From Azolla caroliniana (lineage: Eukaryota; Plantae; Polypodiophyta): a stretch of 64,000 bases of DNA. The stretch covers positions 4,278,001 through 4,342,000 of the forward strand of contig JBHGNT010000012.1 of assembly GCA_043228905.1 (NCBI GenBank), in the 5' to 3' direction. Below, piece by piece: positions 29,164 through 42,948 of this stretch. Positions within the stretch are counted from its first letter, which is position 1, and each line of letters opens with the position of its first letter. The notes beneath the pieces are model-generated. The model was not told the DNA's origin. It made no database searches and saw nothing but the letters and a program-made list of their open reading frames with translations. A program made the translations under genes and the position numbers.

Positions 29164-31119
29164 CTTTCTCTCTCTCTCTCTCTCTCTGAATCTGTCTGAA
29201 TCTATCTATCTATCTGTCTGTCTGTCTGAATCTATCGATCTATCTGTCTGTCTGTCTGAATCTATCGATCTATCTATCTATCAATCTGTCTGTCAGAATC
29301 TATCTATCTATCAATCTGTGTGTCTGAATCTATCGATCTATCTGTCTGTCCTGTCCTGTTCCTTCCTTATGCAGTTTTGCAATCTCACAGATCTACCACT
29401 TTGTGTTTGTGTGTGTAGCAAAGATTGGCACCATGAAATCACCGCCTCCCTCCATGTCTCTGACACATATTCTTCAAGGATGAAAAGACAATTATTCGAA
29501 CTTGGCCTTTTTGTAATGGTCCTTACAATGTTACTATTGTTTATTCTCTCCTATACTTTACTTAAAGTTCCCTTTATTTTATACCCCTAATAATGCTTCG
29601 GTGCAAAAGGTCCTTTTCTATCACGAGATCTATTGTCAAATTATATTTCAAGGTCGGCTTCTTTGTAGGATCCAACAGCATCGAAGCATTCGGGGCGAAT
29701 ATGGTGTATTCTCATCCATGATCTTCACTCACCTTCAATTGAAAGATAGAATGATGATCCATGGGGTTGGGAACAAAGTTAAACCTTGCTCTTGTGTTTT
29801 CAATAGTTGCAGATTAACGACTCATGAAAAACGTCTATAGATATGAAGACTTTGTTGAGACGAATAATCCCCCATCTATAAGGCTGACCTTCTAGACCAA
29901 CAATCATGAAATCTGTTGAATAAAAAATAATTTGATTACTTCACTTTGAACATCGACTTTCTACGTGGATGCTTATGGCTAGCCAGACAATATCAACTAT
30001 ATTCTAAAAGAGCTGGGATTGTAGACATGGATTTAGAGGCAACCAGCAAGTATGAGTATAGTCTATCTAATTATAGAATTAGGTCATCTGCATACATTCA
30101 TATCTATGCATATTTCTTTCTTTCTATGCTTGGGCATTTATTCAATCCACTTGTTGACGGTTCTCAATTGACACGTCACACACCTTGGAACTAGTAAAAT
30201 CCATTTGAATAAGCATTTTGGTAAACAAGCTTTCCTATTTGGAGATAAATGGATTTTACTTACTATAGTTTGTGTAGTTGAGAGATTACATAAAAAAGTA
30301 TCCTTGGAAACATGTAAAATTTGATCATACAACTCAAATTTGAGATAATGAACATATGCTTGTTTCAGGTATTGACAATCAAATGACTATAAACTTGAAG
30401 GCTCTAGGTTTCAGTTTCCATTGCTGCAATAATTAAGAAGTTCAACTATAAAAGTACATGAAAATTTTAGTTGTATGATCAAATTTTATATGTTTCCAAC
30501 GATACTTTTTTATGTACTTCCAACATTACAGCAGGATTCTTGTGATAAAAACATGAAAAAACAGTAGATTTATAAATGCTGAAAATCCATCAATATTATA
30601 ATGAAGTTCAACTAACTATATATGCTAACTTTTATCAATGAACAAAAACTACAATAAATGTCATATACATCATCGGTATCAAAATGTGGTGTTAGTAATG
30701 TCAGCTTATTGTGGAAGTAAATGAAAAAGACTATTTTGGTTCTCAATTGAGTCAAGACGTTCTTTCTGTACATCATGTTTTCTGTATTAGAATATTCATA
30801 ATGTGATTGATGATTTTGGCTACAACAGAATACGTAACAGAAATGTGTTTAAGACACATGGGTGGAAGGAGGTTCAGAGACGAAAGGATTCGCGCAATGC
30901 AAAAACCTCTCCATATCAAATACTCACTAAGCACACATCTGTAGTACACAAAACCATAGCTTTTTTGAGTACTAACTACACCATCAACGATGATACTGAT
31001 CATTCTCTTCTTTTCTGTGAAATGTTTGTTCATCTTTCAAATATTTACCTAAAAAAGAGGGAAAAGAATTGGTTAATGCCTTTTTTAAAATCCTTAATTT
31101 TAATACCTGTGAAAGCTTC

Positions 31120-31560
31120 AGAGAGAATAAACAAAGCTGATAGATCTTTTAAAATATGAATATTAAGAATGAGATGATATGTTTGTATTACTAGATTATT
31201 TCAGAATGTAAATAAATATGTCCTAAAATGTAGTAGGAAGTACACGTCGAAGAGAATAAATAAAGCTGATAGATCTTTGCAAATATGAAAATTAAGAATG
31301 AGATGATACCCATGTAAGTAGGCTTCCGAGAGAAAGAAAGAAAGAAAGATATATTAATGTCTTCTAAGAAAGAATAAATAAAGCTGATAGATCTTTGCAA
31401 ATATGAAAATTAAGAATGAGATGATACCCAAGAAAGTCGGCTTCGGGGAGAATAAATAACGCTGATAGATCTTTGAGCATATGAAAATTAAGAATGAGAT
31501 GATATGTTTGTCTTACTAGATTATTTCAGAATGTAAATAAAGAAAGATGTACTAAAATGT
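31120..31560. repeat. Imperfect tandem repeats downstream of the helicase stop codon
   Basis: AGAATAAATAAAGCTGATAGATCTTTGCAAATATGAAAATTAAGAATGAGATGATA-like unit occurs about 4 times. Confidence 0.8.
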
Positions 31561-31580
31561 AGTGCGGCACCACCTCTTAC

Positions 31581-34500
31581 TCAAGTGAGCTTTTCGTAGC
31601 AGTCTCCAATACGATGTCCAAGTTTACCACACCTCAAGCATTTCACCTCACTTGAACTACAAATACATAAGCATCAAAAACATATTTAGAGAAAACACTG
31701 TCTTTTCCAACAGCCCCACCAGTTCAATGTAGTCAATTATCGCTTATAGATTCATGAGCTTCATCTCATTAAAATTCTTAAGTTTTAAGTATTGATACAT
31801 AAACTCAATGCTGCTAGTGGTAGAGCATGCATTTTTTACAATTTTTTGGAAGTGGGTTCTAAGTTAAGTCTTCGGCTATAGGTCTGATGTGATGTTCAGT
31901 ATAGAAAATTTCAAGTTTGAAATTATGCACATTAAAAGTTTCTCATAAGATTTCCTTTTCATACCCAAGGGTTAAACACAATATCATTGCCTTATAAAAG
32001 ACAAATGCCAAAGGAATGACAAAATATTTCTTATTTCCTGATGGTTCAGATGTTGTACGCAAAAGAAAACACTACCATAGGCAAAAAAAAGATAGCATTT
32101 GCCTTCCAAGTAACAATCTTAAAAAAATGAAGAGGATTTCTCACCTTTTATTTCAGAAAATGACTTGCAAGGAAGAAAAATAAGATTCTGTAGGAAGAAT
32201 TACGACAGATTAAAATTACCTGGTTCCAAAGGTACTACCAAAAGACCCAAAACTACTGCCAACAGAACCACTGTAGCCAGACGAGGGTGTGCTACTGCTA
32301 TCCGAAGATCTGATATCATTGGAAGAAAAACACATCAATAAAGTCATGCGGCTCCAGAATAAACAGCACAAGACATGAGAAATGCAAAGGTCTCATAAGT
32401 ATGACCTGTTGGACCAATTAGTCACACCACTGCTACCAGTACTGGACCAGTTATTGTTGGTGCCACTACCACTAGATCTGTTTGACCAACTGCTGCCAAC
32501 TGAGCTCGGTCTGCTAGAGAAATCACTTCCGCTAGATCCTTGGAACCTGTTGGAACTAGAATAACCACCACCTCCTCCAGAATAACCGCCGCCACCTCCA
32601 GAATAACTGCCACCACCACCAGAATAACCACCACCGCCGCCTCCAGAATAACCGCCGCCTCCACCAGAATAACCGCCGCCTCCTCCAGAATAACCGCCTC
32701 CTCCACCAGAATAACCACCTCCTCCACCAGAATAACCACCACCTCCTCCAGAATAACCGCCACCTCCTCCAGAATAACCACCGCCTGACCCAAAGCGGCT
32801 ACCAAGAGGTCTAGGTGAAAAGCTTCTGCCATATCCCCCACCTCCAAATGTGTCTTCTACAATCCTAGGAAGCTGTTGAAATCACAACTCACAGATTATC
32901 TACATCATAATAAATTACAAGAAAAAGCAGATGGAAATCAAATTATTTGAAGAGGCTTGAACGTTCCAACTATAAGACTCACTATACAATTTTTGTGCAC
33001 ACAGAAGGAATAAAGCTAGCATTGCACTTTGGTTTTTAGCATTTTCCTTCATCAGCTTAGCAGCTTAGAATGAAGTGGTGAAATATGGTTCGAATAACAC
33101 ATCTCCTCAGCCTAAGTTTAATGTATGGAGAGCTATGCTATATATCAACTCAACAAATGCACGACGTGTTCATAGAAAATGAATGAATTAATTAGAATAA
33201 GTAAAACCTTTTTGGGTGCCTCAAGTACTTCTCCTGTTGTGATGGTCATTGATAGCAAGGTCTTTGCCAGCTGCTCTGGTAGATCAAAAACTGCTCCTTG
33301 TACCTGCCAAAACAGAGTAACTGATTAATTTTATGCAAAAACAAAGAACAGCATTTTACAAAACATCTTCAGCAAAAGCTAGAGCATGACTCTCAAATAT
33401 AGCTCATGAGAGAAAGGAAAGAAGGAAACAAACCCCTATTTCATTTAGCATACGAATCTTGCCGATGCTGCTTGCTGCAGATGGAAGAATGCTTCTTATA
33501 AATTGGGTCACTGCATCTGATCCAGTTATAGGTAGTCCTCCTGGTCGAGTTACTTTTAAGGTCATGAACCCCTTGGTCATAATAGAACAAGAAGTTGAAT
33601 TAAGGTTCTCGTTTTACTATTACAAATCACATGACTAGGATATGGAGAAGACAATAGAGAAACCACCAACCTGTTCATAAGAAATAAGGGATCGTGATGT
33701 AGGAAGCTGAGTACAACCACATACATGTGCAATAGCTGCAGCTAGTGCTCCAGGGCCATGATCTAGCATCAACTTTTCAGCAGTTGGAAGAAACACATTC
33801 CGTAGATCCATTGAAATGCTCTCAATTTTTTCAACTGCCTGATGTGCTGAAGATCTTATAACATCTTCCAGAGTGGGAGGCTCAATGTTTTCAAATTTAC
33901 AACCTAGCTCTCGTTCAAGGTTATCAATTGTTCTTCTTTGTTGCTCCATGTACATAAGAATTGCAGTACCCTTTTTGCCAGCTCTACCAGTACGCCCCGA
34001 GCGATGAACAAACGTTTCCGTGTCATTAGCAGCCTCATAATGAATAACCTATAGAGAAAATATATTATTCAAATATTTATGAATGAAAAAAAATCTCTTT
34101 GCACCCCATTAGACATGGATAGACTGAAAAATGAAATAAGTTTGCTAGAAGACATACCAGATCTACATTAGAAATGTCAAGGCCGCGGGCAGCAACATCA
34201 GTTGCAACCAAAACATTGAGACGTCCATCTCGAAATGATTTGAGTGTCTTCTCCCGTTGATGTTGGGAAATGTCCCCATGCAAAGCTTCAGATCCCAGTT
34301 TTTGTCCGAGGAAAGAAGAAATATCATCAGCCTCTCTTTTGGTTTGTGTGAAAACAATGGACTTGCACCCTTTTCCATAGACCTGCCTCAAGCCCACAAT
34401 AGCATAAAGTTCACCAATAAATAATAATAGAAGGGATATCTTCTTATTCTCATAAGGTATAGTTCTGAATTTACCGTTATCAGATCACTTAACATCGGTC

Positions 34501-37500
34501 TTCTTGTTGCCATCGAAGTAGAAATGGAAAGAAGTTTAATGCCCTCTGCTATCTTATCATCATTATCACCGACCTATTAGAATGTAGATTAAATATCATC
34601 AGAATCAAATTGTTGCTTAGTTTTTTATTTTGGGGTAATGCTAACATGGCCATAAAAGCCCCAAATTTGAAACTCATACAATATAAGTTGCAGCCAAATA
34701 TCCTCAGAAACCAACATAGATATTATCATCATTGTATGAATCATGATTCCTGTTATTTACCAGATCCACGATTATATGATTCTTTAAGTATTTCCCTGCT
34801 AGTTTCTTAACCCATTCAGGCATGGTCGCCGAAAACAACAAACACTGCTTCTGAGATGGAAGGTGTTGCAAGATCTTCTCAACATCCTCTTCAAATCCCA
34901 CAGCCAACATCCTATCAGCTTCATCTAACACAAAATATTTCACTTCACCAAGCTTCAGGGCACCCCTATTAAGAAGATCGATAACTCGACCAGGTGTTCC
35001 CACCAAAATATCAACTCCACTCTGTATTTGGCGAACTTGTGCATCTATGGAAACTCCTCCATATGCACACAAGACTTCAGTGGTGGGTGACGACTCTTTC
35101 AGTTCATTCTCAACTTGCTTTGCTAGCTCTCTTGTAGGTGCTAACACCACAGCTAGAGGTGATCTTCCATATCCCCTGTCAAATCATCATCATGGTCTAC
35201 ATTATCATGTTAATGTATGAAGTGTTTTAAAGAGTGAATTTTTAATATTGAGAGACTAATGAACACTAGTTTATCATTGCTGAACCTGATCCTTTTCTCT
35301 TGCTCTTTGATTGTCCTATCAAGGATAGGAATCCCAAATGCCAATGTCTTTCCAGTTCCAGTTTTAGCTCGAGCAATTAAATCTTGTCCCTTCAATGCTG
35401 GTTCTAATACAGCCCTCTGAAAATGAGAAGGGAATAATTCAGAGTTTGAGAATAAATCATTTAAGGAAATTTGCACTACAACACTACCCGAATTCCCAGC
35501 TAAATGAGCTGGATTTGAAATGTATCTGAATAGAACTTATGAAACATATTAAACCAAACCTAAGCTGAGGCATTTCACTATAGACAACATAAAAGAACAT
35601 TAGCAAAGATCACACATTGCCTTTACTTAGCCAAAGCTAACAAATGCTACTTACAATCTGAACTAAGATAAGACGAATCAAACAGGTTTGATGCCATGTT
35701 TGATTAAATTGGATTACACCAAAATCGGCCTTAAATTTAGGAAAGTTAAGGAACTGACTACCTTTAAATTATGAGCTTCCTATTGAATAACAAACTTCAA
35801 ACGTTGAGACATACATTAAATTATGTCAACAAGATGAAATTAATGGATATTATTTTTCTAAACCTTGTTTGTGAGCAAACAATAATATTACATATCCATA
35901 ATGTGAAAGAATTGGCTTTATATATCCATTATATATAGCAATCACAAATAAAAATGTCAAAATATATTTCATAGATGGTAAAACTTAATCTTTAATATCT
36001 TAAAAGTGTTGGCTCAAGTCTAGAGTGATGTTTCTAATTCTCTAATATTTTCTTCCATTAACTTTACTTTGGCACCTTACACTAACAACGTTACATACAT
36101 ATTTCTCCTTAGAAATGTGGCTGTATAAATCAATTTCAAGAAACCCAACAGGGTGGAGAAAGTAAGCAATGGTAACAAATAGATATATTAGAACAGTATT
36201 ATTACATGATCATATAAATGCAAAGTTCTTCCTTCTTCAGTAAACTCCGTTAAGATAAGGCCAAAATCTAATTTAGGAAAAGAAAAATAAGAATTTAATG
36301 TAGGAGAGGCAAAACAAAAACAATCAACTGAATGTAAGAAAGTAGAAAACAATGCAACAAAAGGAAACGATAAGAACCCAATGTAAGCAAGAAACGCAAC
36401 AAATAATCAATGATACAAAAGAAAAAGTCCAATGTGAGCTAAATTCTGTTAAAAGGAATTGGAAAACCTAATTTATATGAAAAGCAGCTACACCGGTTCA
36501 AGAAAAAATGTATCCAATATAAGAAAAGCATGAAAAACGTGTAAGGAAAGAAAATAATAAAAACAATTTCAGAAAGTGCATATAGAAAAAACAATGTAAT
36601 GAAAGCAAATAAATAAATACCAAAAAATCTGATTGTAGACCTAGAACCCAAGGCAGTTGAGAAAAACAACAAAAAACTAATGTAAGGAAAGCAAATAAAT
36701 ACCAAGTTCAGAAAACGTGGAAAAAATCTGATTTTAGAGCAAGAACCCAATGCAAGTAAGAACAACAACAAAAAACCAATGTGAGGAAAGCAAATAAATA
36801 CCAATTTCAGAAAACGTGGAAACAAAATCTGATTTTAATGCAAGTAAGAACAACGAAAAACTAATGTAAGGAAAGTAAATAGACACCAAATTCAGAAAAC
36901 GTGGAAAATATCTTATTTTAGAGCAAGAACCCAATGTAAGTCAGAAACCAACGTAACAAAAGCAAGCAACAAGAACTCAACGTAAGTCAAAATAAAAATA
37001 AAAATAAAACCAGAGTAGTCAGAAAATTCAAAAAAATGCAGAAAAACACGTTTTGCCCAAAGGAAACCACTAATAGTAGAGCAAGAACACACTGTAAATC
37101 AGAAAAGCAAAAAAGAAAACAATGCAGTATACGAGAAAAAACACAATGCAGAATATATATATATATAGGAAAATTTGAGTTTTGGGGGAGATTCTTTGTT
37201 TTGCACCTGTATAGGGAAGAGCGAAGTGATGCCTCGCTTGGCGAGTCCTGAAACGAGGAGAGGAGAAATGGGCAGCTTCGAAATCTCAATGCCTTCACCC
37301 CCTATTTTGGTGTCCGCGCCCACCTCTTGACTACTCTCAAGATTCTCTGCTTGTTGGAAGGCAAACGCAGTCGAAGCTGAAGAGTACTGCGGAGAAATCC
37401 ATGAATGAATACCCTTCCTCAATCCATCTCTAATAATGGAGCGAGGCGGAAGGAATGTAAAGAAAGAAGGAGTAGCTCCAGGGAACAGAGGCGCCCTAAC

Positions 37501-37662
37501 AGAGGAAGCTGTTTCTGAAAATGGAGATGGAGATGGAGATGGAGGGTATGATGTCGCTGTTGCCACAATAGGATCTCTTATACAAGAACCTGAAGCGATC
37601 TTTGACCTTACTCGAGATATGGATGGGTGAGCAAGCATCTGAGAGTTTCTTGAGAACGCCAT
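31581..37662 (-). CDS. Organellar DEAD-box RNA helicase (RH3/RH9/RH53 clade) with GUCT-like domain, GGYS repeats and CCHC zinc knuckle; exons 37662-37207, 35416-35286, 35175-34761, 34573-34475, 34382-34158, 34048-33671, 33571-33434, 33303-33208, 32872-32406, 32309-32220, 31656-31581
   Basis: Q motif [53 protein letters not shown]-like [16 protein letters not shown] repeats at about 32560-32785. Final exon [14 protein letters not shown], then TGA at 31583-31581. Confidence 0.95.
36590..36940. repeat. Degenerate tandem repeat in helicase intron 1
   Basis: AAAGCAAATAAATACCAA.TTCAGAAAACGTGGAAA...TCTGATTTTAGAGCAAGAACCCAATG recurs about 4 times. Confidence 0.7.
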
Positions 37663-38082
37663 AGCCTCTTGCTCTTTCTCTCTCTCTCTCTCTCTCTCTC
37701 TGCCTCTCTCTCACACACACACACAATCTGTGTGTGTTATGCAAATCCCTGTAGAGAGAGAAGGGAGAGAGAATTGAAAGTGAGAGGAAGATGTATACTA
37801 AGTTTTCACACAGAGAAAAACAGAGAGAGAGAGAGAGAGAGAGAGAAATAGAGCTCTTAAACCCTAAATAAACCCTTTCCTTTCTCTTCACCAAACAAAC
37901 AATGCCTACCTGTCCCCCCAAATTCCAGAAATACATATAAGAAGAAGAAGAAGATATTTCCTTAATGCTTTTCTCTCTTTACAGACATGCCTAAGTTGTA
38001 ACTTGTGACCCAACCAACGATCGCCCCATGGTTCCTCACTCACGAATATCGTCTGTCCGAATGTCTCTAGTCATAATAAACT

Positions 38083-38586
38083 CGCATCACTCAGTTAGAT
38101 CCTTCTCACCGACACATTACCTGCGTTGCGCTACCTCAATCATCTTCAATCCAGAGACCGATCATACGATCACTTTGTCGAGCGAAACATTACCGTTACG
38201 CGCTCCATCATAGCTTCTGCTTTTGTATAGTCTCGTGCATTTTCTCAATATTTGGGCAACATTCTCTAGATGAAGTGTGCAATCTTTTCTTCTATTAAGT
38301 AATGAACTTATGTTTGTGGTACGAATACAATTTGTCTATTTGATGATAAACGCATCAGTTAGGTCCTTCTCGCTGACATATTGTTAGTGTTGCGCTATCT
38401 CAATCATCTTCAATCAAGAGACCGATAATGTGATCACTTTGCTGAGCGAAACATTATCATTAGGAGCTCGATCATAGCTTCTACTTTTGTATAGTTTCGT
38501 GCATTTTCTCCATGTTTGGGCAACATTCTCTTGATGAAGTGTGCAATTTTTTCTTCAATTAAGTAATAAAATTATGTTTGTGGTAC
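38083..38586. repeat. About 265-bp diverged direct duplication upstream of the helicase
   Basis: CGCATCA..CAGTTAG.TCCTTCTC...GATGAAGTGTGCAAT...ATGTTTGTGGTAC occurs at about 38083-38322 and 38351-38586. Confidence 0.8.
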
Positions 38587-38958
38587 CATGTGAGATGAAT
38601 GCCACTCAAAGAGAAGTTATTTATAAAATGCCATATGAACCGATGCGGTACTTCAAAGTTTTAATCATTCGAGAGAATGTCATAATATCAAAAGTTTGGC
38701 ATGTTACCTTAGAACAATCATACACTTGGTGGCAGATGTGAGGGTATAAACTTTGTGTAGAAATCATGGAGAGTGGGAGTTCTATCGAGGTGAAATATTG
38801 TTTGTTCTAATTTTTAGACATTAATGTAGGTGAACTTCATTTCTTTTCCATATGCTCTTATGTTGGTATCAACTCTTTTGGGACATTCAATCGAGTATGC
38901 ACCAACTACTACTAACGCCAGTTTAGTAGCGCCCGTGTGGTCAGGTGTATATGAGTAT

Positions 38959-39419
38959 TGTTGAGAATCAAGCTCAACCTAGTGCAACATGTGAACACAC
39001 CACCCTTTGAGAATCTATGACCACTCAAAGGTCGAGAGTCACACCACTACTCTCTACACATTAACTATGTGTCATAGAATCATATTTGATTACACATAAC
39101 TAATGAGTTCCATATTTCTCATGACTATGAGTCTTCACATTCCCCAAGAGAGAGTAGTAGTTGTAGTGAGTTAATGAAGAGAGAGGGTGACCTTATATAA
39201 AGCACCCTCCTCCTACTTCATATAGTGTCGGTTGTGACTCCTTGTTATGCTACATTTTGTATTTACTATTTTCCTTGTTAATATACACCTTCTTCTTGAG
39301 TACTTCATTTTTATTTCATCTATCTATCTTGTTTTTCTCTTCTCTCATCTCTTTCCTCTCACATATACACATAACACACATCTCTACCGCTACACAAGAA
39401 TCATATTTGATTCTTTACA
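38959..39419 (+). repeat. Copia 5' LTR
   Basis: TGTTGAGAATC...TTCTTTACA followed by a tRNA-iMet-type PBS. Confidence 0.95.
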
Positions 39420-39586
39420 TGGTATCAAAGTGGTTTGGTAGCTCGATCTAGCCCATCCGCGTGTGTTGTGGTCTACGCCAATGTTCAAGAAGAACCGACT
39501 CATCGTTATCGTAGTGTGACTACATAGCTCGTGTTCGAGAGAGAAGGAAAAGAAGAAAGAAAGCTTCATCGACAATAAATACTCAA

Positions 39587-42185
39587 ATGGGGAGCGCTCT
39601 CCCTAGCGAGAAGTTGGATCGAAACAACTTTGCATCTTGGGAGTACAAGATGCACCAATACCTTGTCGGTCAAGGATATTGGAACTACATCAAAGGAGCA
39701 CAAGAAAATCAACCCGACCCGAAAGACACCGACTACTCAACATGGGAGCAAGTGGCAAGTCGAGTGATGTATTGCTTGGCGATATGTGTTCATGATCACA
39801 TGCTCGGCTACATGCACTGGTTCGTAAACCAATGTGTAGACTGGGTGCGTAAAATGGGTGCGCAACGAGAGGTCGTAGCGGTGCATAAACCGGGAGGCCG
39901 TTGGATAGATATTCCGCGGAGGAATATATTTTGGGAGTTAGTGTAGGGGCTCATTGATGAGCATTGAAGTACAAAGTCAATACTTCTATCAGTCCGTATG
40001 GACTTGTATAAAAGTGCTCTCTGAGCACATCCTATGTATAAAGTTTTAGAGTATTGTTTTGAAATTGAGCTTTCTGTGTTTTGCTCGCTCTGTCTCTCCC
40101 GCGTACATTGTGTTGATTAAGGTTTCCATTAAACCTTCTTTGTCTTTTGTCTTTTGTTACCCGGTTGTGTCTGTTAAGCTTCCGCACGTATTATTTTTCT
40201 CCGACCTTCAAAGAGAAAGAGATTGAAGGCGTATGTACAACATGCCAATTCAGCAAGCAACACCTGCACCCGTTTCCGAAGGAGAGGAATGTGAGCAAAG
40301 GCGTACTCGACATAATTCATTTCGATGTATGGGAACGGGCTCAAACGACTACATTCGGCGAATGTCGATACTACATGGCCTTCATCGACGACTTCTCCAG
40401 GCACACATGGATCTACCCCATGCGACAATAGAGCGAAGTGTTCAAACACTTCCAAAAAATCAAGAGTGGAGTTGAAAAGGAAATAGGTCGACATGTACAA
40501 TGTCTTCAGTTCGATGGAGGAAAAGAGTACTTCTCCGACAAATTTTCGGCTTTTCTTCGGAAAGAAGGAATTCGATGCCAGTTTTCGTGTCGACATACGC
40601 CACAATAGAACGGAGTAGCTGAATGAAAGAATCAACACATCCTCGAAATAGCACAGGCCATGCTTAACGAGAAGCACATGTCGAAATCGTACTGAGCAGA
40701 AGATGTCAACACAACCGTCTACCTAATGAACCAGTGTACAACATCCGATGTGCATGAGGTTACCCCGCACGAGAAGTTTTTTGGAAAGAAGTCAGATCTA
40801 TCACATGTGTTCGGATATTTGGATCCATTGCATATGTGCACATCCCCGACGGGAAGCGACAAAAGCTCGACCCGAAGTCGGAGAAATGTATCCTCGTAGG
40901 GATACTCACTGAAGCAAAAGGGGTACAAGTGTTATAACCTCTCGACTCGAAAGGTTCGCGTGAGTTGAGATGTAGTCTTCGACGAATTGGCATCATGGTA
41001 CGAACCCGAACCAAATCCTCCCAAATCATTTCTAGTTGACCTGGAATTCGCCAAACAAGAGATAGAAGATGGAGATTGATTCGAACACATGTTCGAAGAA
41101 AGTTCGATTATGACAAGGCTTAGTGGGCCACAAGAGACCTCAAGCGACCAAGGCACATCTCGGCCTAGTCTGATAATGGATAAAGGCAAGGCGAAAATGC
41201 CGGAATATGAAGACAATCACTTCGATGGCAACGAATCGACTCACTCCCTTGACAGTGAGTTCGGTGGCTTCGTTTTTACCTATCATGAGGACACCTAGCG
41301 TAAAGAAAGTCATTGCCACGGCAAACGAAAACCCTCGTCGTTGCACCCGTGAAAAGAATCCTATTAGCCAATTCGGCTACAACGATTATATGGCATACCA
41401 TTATGCCTTTATGATGAAGATAGCGACAGTTCGAGAACCAGAAAGTTTTTTAGAAGCAGCCAAGGATCCACGATGGGTCGAAGCAATGAACGAGGAGATG
41501 CGGGCACCATGCAAGAACGAGACATGGGATCTCGTTCCCTATTCACCACAAAAGAAGGAAATCAGATGCAGATGGATTTATAAGGTGAAGTATAATGTCG
41601 ACGGCTTCGTCAACCGCTACAAAGCTCGACTCGTAGCGAAAGGATATGCACAGACACATGGAGTCGACTACGAAGAGACATTTGCCCCGGTGGCAAAGAT
41701 GATGATTGTGTGGATTGTGATTGCACTTGCAGCAACGAAAGGGTGGCATCTCCACCAGATGGACGTCAAGAACGTCTTTCTTCAAGGTGAATTAGAAGAG
41801 GAGGTGTACATGGTACAACCACATGGCTTCGAATCCAACATTCATTCAAAAGTTGTCCGCCAACTCAAAAAGCCTCTCTACGACCTTAAGCAAGCACGGT
41901 GTGCTTGGCATTCGAAGATAACACAATATCTTCATCAAACCGGCTTTCGAATGTCGAAATCTGACAACTCCATCTACGTACGAAACGACTCTAGAAGCCC
42001 GATTGTCATCATCCTATACGTGGATGATCTGGTTATTGCAGGTGAGCATTTAGTCGACATCAACAAGGTGAAGTCCCTCCTCTCCAACAAATTCGAGATG
42101 ACGGACATGAAGGAGCTCCATTGCTTCCTTGGCATCGAGGTAATTTGGACTCCAACCGACATTATGATCTCTCAATGACACTACA
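39587..42185 (+). pseudogene. Copia gag-pol, disrupted (gag N-terminus, integrase, RT N-terminal part)
   Basis: Motifs EKLDRNNFASWEYKM; C..CQFSKQH; FIDDFSRHTW; RYKARLVAKGYAQ..GVDYEETFAPV; HQMDVKN; LYVDDL. Stops and frameshifts are present. Confidence 0.9.
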
Positions 42186-42948
42186 AACACCGGGTCATTT
42201 GAAACAGGTAATATGTTGTATTCTCTTTTGGCATAGTTGGCCAGATGTAGAAAAGTACCCTATTTTAGCCTGATATCGAAAATATACGATGCATGCGTAC
42301 CCCTTTTGCGACTTGATGGTTAAATATAGAACAAAAAAAACCTAGCAATTACTAAATTGTATATGTGTCCACATTCGTGTCAATTTGCATATCATGGAGC
42401 ACAATTGAAGACTTGGTTCAATATAAAGTTCTAAAATTGGTATCCATATTCAAATTGTAGAGTAAAACTACATAAACCGTAATTATAAATATGTGGTTTT
42501 GGGTTTAGGAATAAAGTAGTACCCCACTTGTTGGACGGGTATATCGATTGTTTCATTGTATAATGTCATATAGTTCATGACAATGTAATTGGTAAGAGTA
42601 ACAATTACGTACGACATTCATTTATACTATGTGGAACCAGTAGACTTAAACCGTAGGTAACTAAAAACCTCTTATTATCAAAAACATTCGCCTTTTCATA
42701 TACAGTCATGCTAACGGAAATGAGAAATTACAATATCATGTTAATATCTCAAACTGAAGAAGAGCATGGTGACCAATTATATGTAAATACAAACTACGGT
42801 TCCAATAATGATTAAAAAGGGAAATTATGAACAGGTGAATTTAATTAAACGATAAACAATTATAGATGTTCTCATATACAAATATAATATGAAGTGATGG
42901 TGAACATTATGCCTCAAAATCCTCAATTTTTACATTACGCCATCTACA

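Noticed and set aside
32422-32847. VVILEE and RITAASS repeat ORFs
   Set aside because: They are alternative frame and antisense readings of the helicase GGYSGG exon.
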